Assembly: GCF_006345805.1 (NCBI RefSeq)
Contig: NW_021833570.1
Coordinates: forward strand, 1-28,505
Direction of reading: 5' to 3'
Length of the DNA: 28,505 nt
DNA from: Octopus sinensis
Lineage: Eukaryota
This document shows positions 21,583-28,505 of the stretch, one piece after another; within the stretch, counting starts at the first letter, position 1; the number at the start of each line of letters is the position of its first letter. The notes under the pieces were generated by a model that worked only from the letters and a program-made list of their open reading frames with translations, ran no database searches and was not told the origin of the DNA. Both the position numbers and the translations under genes were made by a program.

Positions 21583-22204
21583 GAAGCACTCCGTCGGTTA
21601 CGATGACGAGGATTCCGGTTGATCCAAATCAACGGAACAGCCTGCTCATGAAATTAACGTGTAAGTGGCTGAGCACTCCACAGACACGTGTACCCTTAAC
21701 GCAGTTCTCGTGGATATTCAGCGTGACACAGGGAGTGACAAGGCTGGCCCTTTGAAATACAGGTACAACAGAAACAGGAAGTAAGAGTGAGAGAAAGTTG
21801 TGGTGAAAGAGTGGGCACTGGAAGCACTCCGTCGGTTACGACGATGAGGGTTCCGGTTGATCTGAATCAACGGAACAGCCTACTCGTGAAATTAACGTGT
21901 AAGTGGCTGAGCACTCCACAGACACGTGTACCCTTAACGTAGTTCTCGGGGATATTCAGCGTGACACAGAGAGTGACAAGGCCGGCCCCTTGAAATACAG
22001 GTACAACAGAAACAGGAAGTAAGAGTGAGAGAAAGTTGTGGTGAAAGAGTACAGCAGGGATCACCACCATCCCCTGCCGGAGCCTCGTGGATGTTTTAGG
22101 TGTTTTCGCTCAATAAACACTCACAACGCCCGGTCTGGGAATCGAAACCGCGATCCTATGACCGCGAGTCCGCTGCTCTAACCACTGGGCCATTGCGCCT
22201 CCAC
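21583..22204 (-). mobile_element. SINE family A + tail X: full-length copy (21821-22204) fused to a 5'-truncated second copy (21583-21812)
   Basis: Two ~230-bp units differ at 12 positions by my count; AAATAAAGAAATA flanks the pair (21566-21578, 22205-22217). Confidence 0.9.
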
Positions 22205-22404
22205 AAATAAAGAAATAAAGAAATAGAATAAAAAATAACAAAAATTCCCACAAAACACTACGTTAAAAATATTCTTCGTGCTGATTCAAACAGCATTGGA
22301 AAGGGGTGGAGGAAATGAACGAATACTGTTGATAATCCAATGATAAGAATAATAAAGTTAAGTAATAAGATTACTAGTCAAGTAATTACTAGTTAAGTAA
22401 TACA

Positions 22405-22593
22405 TAGGCACAGGAGTGGCTGTGTGGTAAGTAGCTTGCTAACCAACCACATGGTTCCGGGTTCAGTCCCACTGCGTGGCATCTTGGGCAAGTGTCTTCT
22501 GCTATAGCCCCGGGCCGACCAATGCCTTGTGAGTGGATTTGGTAGACGGAAACTGAAAGAAGCCCGTCGTATATATGTATATGTATGTATATG

Positions 22594-22628
<35 letters not shown>

Positions 22629-22822
22629 TTGTGTGTCTGTGTTTGTCCCCCTAGCATTGCTTGACAACCGATGCTGGTCACTTAGCTGTTCGGCAAAAGA
22701 GACCGATACAATAAGTACTGGGCTTACAAAAGAATAAGTCCCGGGGTCGATTTGCTCGACTAAAGGCGGTGCTCCAGCATGGCCGCAGTCAAATGACTGA
22801 AACAAGTAAAAGAGTAAAAGAG
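22405..22822 (+). mobile_element. SINE family C, full length, young
   Basis: Near-identical to 24092-24492 and 19070-19510. Confidence 0.92.
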
Positions 22823-22825
22823 AGA

Positions 22826-23115
22826 GTTGTTCTTTGTTCCTTCTAGAGCCACGCCTAGCTCATAGGGCTGGTTTCCCGGTTTCCTTGGCGTATAGGTGCC
22901 CCACCTGGACGGTACGCCGGTCTGTCGCAGTTGAGCTGCGAGAGGAAAGAGTGAGAGAAAGAGCCAGCAGAAATTCGCCATTACCTTCTGGCCGGAGCCG
23001 CGTGGAGCTTAGGTGTTTTCGCTCATAAACACAAAAATCGTTCGGTCTGAGATTCGAACCCGCGATCCCTCGACCGCGAGCCCGCTGCTCTAAGCACTGG
23101 GGCATGTGCTTCCAC
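22826..23115 (-). mobile_element. SINE family A head + tail Y
   Basis: Minus strand GTGGAAGCACATGCCCCAGTG ... GGGTTCGAATCTC ... CTGCGACAGACCGGCGTACCGTCCAGG ... GAAACCGGGAAACC; homologous to 12059-12371. Confidence 0.85.
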
Positions 23116-23349
23116 TTAAGTAATACAGATTGGTTCAATATTAGTGTAATTCAGGCTGGATTCTGGTGAGGATTAATGGAATTCTAAGGGAAGATGTAAC
23201 AACACAGAGTACAGTGACAAGCAGTACTACGTGATGAAGAAAAACCCGGAAATCGTAATTCTGAGATCGTATTTTAACCATTAACTCTCGTTCACCTGCA
23301 GCTTATAGTCTCTCAGGTAGGCACACATACACACTTCTCTCTTCCTATC

Positions 23350-23368
23350 TAACTGTCTGTCTGTCTGT

Positions 23369-23433
<65 letters not shown>

Positions 23434-23454
23434 CATCCATCCATCCATCCACCC

Positions 23455-23505
<51 letters not shown>

Positions 23506-23519
23506 CATCTATCCATCTC

Positions 23520-23594
<75 letters not shown>

Positions 23595-23704
23595 ATACCA
23601 TCTACTTCTATCTATCCATCCATCCATCATCCACCCATCTATCTATCTATATCTATCTATCTATCTATATATCTATCTATCTATTACATCTATCCATCTA
23701 TCTA

Positions 23705-23766
<62 letters not shown>

Positions 23767-23770
23767 CCTC
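23350..23770. repeat. (CTAT)n/(CCAT)n tetranucleotide array, ~420 bp
   Basis: Directly visible. Confidence 0.98.
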
Positions 23771-24091
23771 TTCTCCACTTCTATTTCTGCCGCTGCTGGT
23801 TACAAGCGATCATGACTGCTTTCATAGTTATTCAACCACCACCCGTCAGGCATTCCTTTGAAGATGTGGGGGTGTATATGATTGTGAAGGATTCTCGGAA
23901 GAGTTTATGTGCATCTGTGTGTGTGCGTGTGTGCGCATGCGTGAAATACCATTTAACTATTGGATTAACTAACTCGCTGAATAGAAAATGTCCCACGGAC
24001 AGCCTTCTACTTTTCCTCTTCAAATGGTTTTTTAACCCAATATTTACACCTTATTGTTTATAAGCTTTATCGGTTCCACGGTTAACAACAA

Positions 24092-24237
24092 TAGCTTGTT
24101 TACCAACCACATGGTTCCGGGTTCAGTCCCACTGCGTGGCACCTTGGGCAAGTGTCTTCTACTATAGCCTCAGGCCGACCAAAGCCTTGTGAGTGGATTT
24201 GGTAGACGGAAACTGAAAGAAGCCCGTCGTATATATG

Positions 24238-24272
<35 letters not shown>

Positions 24273-24492
24273 ATATGTTTGTGTGTCTGTGTTTGTCCCC
24301 CTAGCCTTGCTTGACAACCGATGCTGGTGTGTTTATGTCCCCGTTACTTAGCGGTTCGGCAAAAGAGACCGATAGAATAAGTTACTGGGCTTACAAAAGA
24401 ATAAGTCCCGGGGTCGAGTTGCTCGATTAAAGGCGGTGCTCCAGCATGGCCGCAGTCAAATGACTGAAACAAGTAAGAGAGTAAAGAGTAAA
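24092..24492 (+). mobile_element. SINE family C, slightly 5'-truncated
   Basis: Near-identical to 22405-22822. Confidence 0.92.
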
Positions 24493-24564
24493 GAGATGTT
24501 CCTAAATTCTTATGATACATACGTACACATGCATGCAAACATGCATAAATATATAAATACATAC

Positions 24565-24830
24565 CACTCCGAAAAGCTCTGTCTGCGACGATTTCATCTC
24601 AATCGAAGGAGAGGGGCTTTCTCCGCCCGGGTTGCGGGTCCGTGGAATAAGCTGCCGGACGAGATAGTGAAAATGCCGACGACCGCTCGGTTCAAAGTCT
24701 CTCTTGACCAGAAATGGCCTGAACTCTTTGCATGAACGCCCTCCCTGTACATAACTCCATGTCTCCCTACATGGCCTTGCTTTTTGCTTTTTGAGCCAAA
24801 AAATTAACTTAACTAACTTAACTTAACTTA
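24565..24830 (+). mobile_element. CR1/L2-type LINE 3' end (ORF2 C-terminus, 3' UTR, (AACTT)n tail)
   Basis: HSEKLCLRRFHLNRRRGAFSARVAGPWNKLPDEIVKMPTTARFKVSLD matches the CR1-group H..KL ... FS.RV..WN.LP..V ... FK..LD terminus; stop at 24733-24735; tandem AACT(T) tail at ~24805-24830. Confidence 0.85.
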
Positions 24831-24840
24831 TATACATATA

Positions 24841-25246
24841 CTAGCAGTATCGCCCGGCGTTGCTCGGGTTTGTAAGGGAAATAACTATATAAGCATTTTT
24901 AGAGAGTTATAGCCAAAAAATAGCAAAAAGAATGCATTAAAAATGGAAAAAAATGATGGTAATTTTTTTTAATCGTTGACTCATCGTAGACATTTTTAGA
25001 GAGTTACTTCCCTTATATAATAGCGAAAAAATGCATTAAAATGGAAAAAAAAAAATGATGTAAAGTTTATTTTTATTTAAAATCGCAGACTCATCGTAGA
25101 CGCGCGCGCTAATACCCAGACGGGCTCGATATGAATCACGACTATAAGATACCCGCTCTTGGTTAAACTGCACCGCAAAATGTGGGAGTAGTTAGGAATC
25201 TAAATCGTAGGAGACAGACACACAACTTGACTTTTATATATAAAGA
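24841..25246 (-). mobile_element. Non-autonomous Helitron
   Basis: Minus strand A|TCTTTATATATAAAAG ... CCCGAGCAACGCCGGG(hairpin)CGATACTG-CTAG|T: 5' TC, subterminal hairpin, 3' CTAG, A|T target, no TSD. Confidence 0.85.
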
Positions 25247-25415
25247 TGTGTGTGTATGTTTGTGTGTGTTTGTCCCCCACCACCGCTTGACATCCAGTGT
25301 TGATGTATTTATGAACCCTGTAAAAACGGTCGGGCAAAAGATATCGATAAAATAAGTACCTGGCTGAAAAAATAATCAAAAACAAGTACTAGGGTCGATT
25401 CATTCGACTAAAATG
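25247..25415 (+). mobile_element. SINE family C, 3' half
   Basis: (TG)n-TTTGTCCCCC ... GCTTGACA ... GATAAAATAAGTACC ... GGGTCGATTCATTCGACTAAA. Confidence 0.75.
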
Positions 25416-25669
25416 CTACATTTTAATTACAAAGAAGAAAATTAAATATAACCCTCCCCCCACATAAATACACACATATATTTATGTGTGTGTATATTAT
25501 ATTATGTTGTGTTCAAATGCAGCACGGAATTTTGCCAGTGAACAGGTTGCGGTCTCAAAGCGTCGAAAATATTTTGGCAAATTAAACTTAAATGTTGAAG
25601 TGAATCTAACGGTTTTTGTGTGTTTCTTAAATAGATTATAAACACCTTCCACGCTGCAATTGTTATATG

Positions 25670-26000
<331 letters not shown>

Positions 26001-26049
26001 TAAACGTTTGTTTGTGGGTGTGGGGGGGGGGTGTGTGCGTGCATATGTG

Positions 26050-26258
26050 TGTGTGTGTGTGTCTTTTAGCTTGTTTGTCCCTCAACCACTTGACAGTCTG
26101 TATCGGTTTGTTTACGTCCCCGTAACTAAGCGGATCGGCGAAAGGGACCACTTGAATATATACCAGACTTATTAAACAAGCACAAATAATGGGGTCGACT
26201 TAGTCGATTAAGACTTTTCAAGTGGTACCCCAGCATTGCCGCAGTCCACGATTGAAAT
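26050..26258 (+). mobile_element. SINE family C, diverged 3' half
   Basis: TTTACGTCCCCGTAACTAAGCGG ... GGGGTCGAC ... CCCCAGCATTGCCGCAGTC. Confidence 0.7.
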
Positions 26259-26534
26259 CGCATCCTTATGTACACACACGCACGCACATACAAGCACGTC
26301 ACACACGCGCACACACACAACACACACACACACACACACACACACGCATATATATATATTGATTAATTAATTAATGAGAAAAAAACCCGGAATTACGTAG
26401 CTACTATCATTAGCTTACAAGTGTTTCCGCTATAAGTAAGTGCGCGACCAGAGCTGAGTGCTCATGTGATATCTTCTGTAAAATATTACGCGTACTTCTA
26501 ACAACGAGTTATTTGTATTCGTTCTGGCTAAGGA

Positions 26535-26800
26535 GACTCATCATGCATACATACATATGCAAATACACAACATACACATACACACACATAGCACACACAA
26601 ACACACACACACAAACACACATAGACTCAAGCACACATACACACACAAATACACACACATACACACAAACACACACAAAGACACACACATACTCACACAG
26701 GAACACGAACACACAACATACACACAAACACATACACAAACACACATACACACACACACGCAACACACAAACACACAAATTCATACAAACACACACACAC
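26535..26800. repeat. Degenerate (CA)n field
   Basis: Directly visible. Confidence 0.95.
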
Positions 26801-26805
26801 ACTCA

Positions 26806-26945
26806 AGATGCATTGTCTGATGGTTTAGGCGTTGGACTCACGACATAAAACCGTGGGTTCGATTCCTGGATCGGGAGTGTGTAGTATCCTTGAGCAGCCT
26901 ACTAAATTCCACTTTGCACCGCTCCACTCAGCTGGAGATGAATAT
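26806..26945 (+). mobile_element. Degraded tRNA/CORE-like SINE (head B)
   Basis: GGGTTCGATTCC ... TATCCTTGAGCAG ... CTCCACTCAGCTGG; similar to 7702-7830 and 19593-19740. Confidence 0.6.
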
Positions 26946-27036
26946 CAGTTGACTGCTGATGCAGGTGTCTTCCACCTTCCAGATATCGCATCCTCAATCT
27001 TCTGCTCGACCAAAGGTTGGAATGAGTCGAAAGGAC

Positions 27037-27398
27037 CATCATCATCATTGTTCGACCATCGTCGAGACAATGGAATTTACCATGCTACGCCAGACTTCAC
27101 GGTTCATCATGGCATTACGGAGGTCCTATTGCTGGATGCCTGTATCCCTGGAGATTACATCAGGGTAGGAGAGTGTGCGCCCTCTGGTATTGCGAGTAGA
27201 TGGCTTCCAGAGGAGAAGAGTAGAAATTGCCTCGTTTTCAGCTCTACAACAATGTCCAGCAAACTGGACTCTCCTACTTTTCACAAGAGATGACACAGGT
27301 GGTAGTTTCCCATATATTTGCATTTTGGTTGGATGACGCTTCCACGAGAGATTTTGAGATCTCATAAGGAGGCGAGTGTAGGTTCCATCCAACTGCCT
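27037..27398 (-). mobile_element. RTE-clade LINE 3' fragment, second copy, with premature stop
   Basis: About 14 differences in ~350 bp from 19876-20230 (my count, ~96%); TAG at 27128-27126; (TGA)n tail. Confidence 0.9.
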
Positions 27399-27774
27399 AC
27401 GTATATCAGTTCGTGAGGAACCGGATACAAGAAGCGAAATCGCACAGTATATGGTACAAACTACGAAACTATACTCGTTTGCGAGTGACGGCTAAGCAAG
27501 CATATAGACACATATATGTGTGTAAGGAAGAGGGGAGAAGCTTTATTTACTTTCGTGATTGATAAATCATTGAATTCTCTGAGACATCATATGTGGTGTG
27601 TTTTTAGGTTTTTAAAAAAACACTATTCGAATTTTAATTCAATCTTCCTTTATATTCATCTTTTCCTTAACATTCTCTTCTTCTTCCTCTTCTTTCATGA
27701 GCTCCTCCTCCGCCTCTTCAATTTCATTTTCTACTCAATCTACATAATACGAGGATCTAACTAGAAGATTGTTA

Positions 27775-28190
27775 GTCACGTGTGTCTTAAACCACCAATC
27801 AGTTCCCCCCACCAATAAACAACAACGTAAACGACACTACACACACACACACACACACACACACGTACACACACGTACACATATACAAATTCTACGCAAC
27901 AGATAAATTGCCAAACAAAATGGCGACCAACGAAACATTTCCTTGTTTGGTTTTTAGACGTGTGACTTAAACCATACCGGAAATTATCCCATTTCCGGTA
28001 TTATAGGGATAATCAAACTTTCGAAATAACCCCTTTTCACCCACTTCTTGTAATCATTTATATATTGTTGTGCTTTTATTGTTGCAGTTAATTGATTTGT
28101 GTTGTTGTTATTGTTCTTGTTATTATTGCTGCTGCTGCTTCTGCTACTGCTGCTGTTGTTCTTATAACATACAGATCGCCATTTTGTTTC
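27775..28190. promoter_or_regulatory. Candidate promoter/enhancer motif cluster (CCAAT, YY1-like, paired ETS-like sites)
   Basis: CCAAT twice (~27798-27816), AAAATGGCG 27917-27925, CGCCATTTT 28177-28185, inverted CCGGAAAT pair 27974-28001. Motif inference only. Confidence 0.3.
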
Positions 28191-28229
28191 CGATAGCTGC
28201 AAAGATCGAATAATGTGTATATCAGTGAA

Positions 28230-28255
28230 TATATGTGTGTCAATACGTGTATGTA

Positions 28256-28288
<33 letters not shown>

Positions 28289-28505
28289 ATGCATGCATGT
28301 ATGTATGTATGTATGTATGTATGTATACATGCATGCATGTATGTATGTATATATTATGTATGTATGTATATATGTATGTATGTATGTATGTACGTATGTA
28401 TGTATGTATGTATGCATGTATGTATGTATGTATGTATGTATGTATGATGTTGTATGTATGTATGTATGTATATATTATGTATGTATGTATGTATGTATGT
28501 ATATC
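28230..28505. repeat. (TATG)n microsatellite field
   Basis: Directly visible; runs off the window end. Confidence 0.98.

Noticed and set aside
26832-27293. 153-aa plus-strand ORF (and the 81-aa ORF at 19879-20124)
   Set aside because: Antisense shadow of the RTE coding frame; similarity between the two just reflects the duplicated LINE.
27984-28334. LQLSETKW in a minus-strand ORF resembling a LINE endonuclease motif
   Set aside because: Embedded in microsatellite-derived sequence with no other endonuclease motifs.

Overview
Repeat-saturated eukaryotic (animal) DNA, very probably from an octopus or other cephalopod. That assignment is an inference from the extreme microsatellite density and from tRNA-derived SINE families that I recall from Octopus. 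The only convincing host coding sequence is the first coding exon (1740-2745, +) of a secreted TGF-beta-superfamily precursor: signal peptide, long His/Gln and Ser/Thr tracts, start of the prodomain, then a phase-1 GT donor. I found no second exon in the remaining ~25.7 kb. The rest contains ~30 SINE copies from several modular families (labelled A-E here), two young RTE-LINE 3' fragments, a CR1/L2-type LINE 3' end, a non-autonomous Helitron, a mariner-type MITE and many microsatellites. The most unusual element is a TSD-flanked, tRNA-headed SINE-like unit (8098-8940, -) carrying a minimal, Penelope-type hammerhead ribozyme motif. Nearly all long ORFs in the supplied track are simple-repeat artefacts. 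Boundaries of degraded repeats are approximate and were set by eye.
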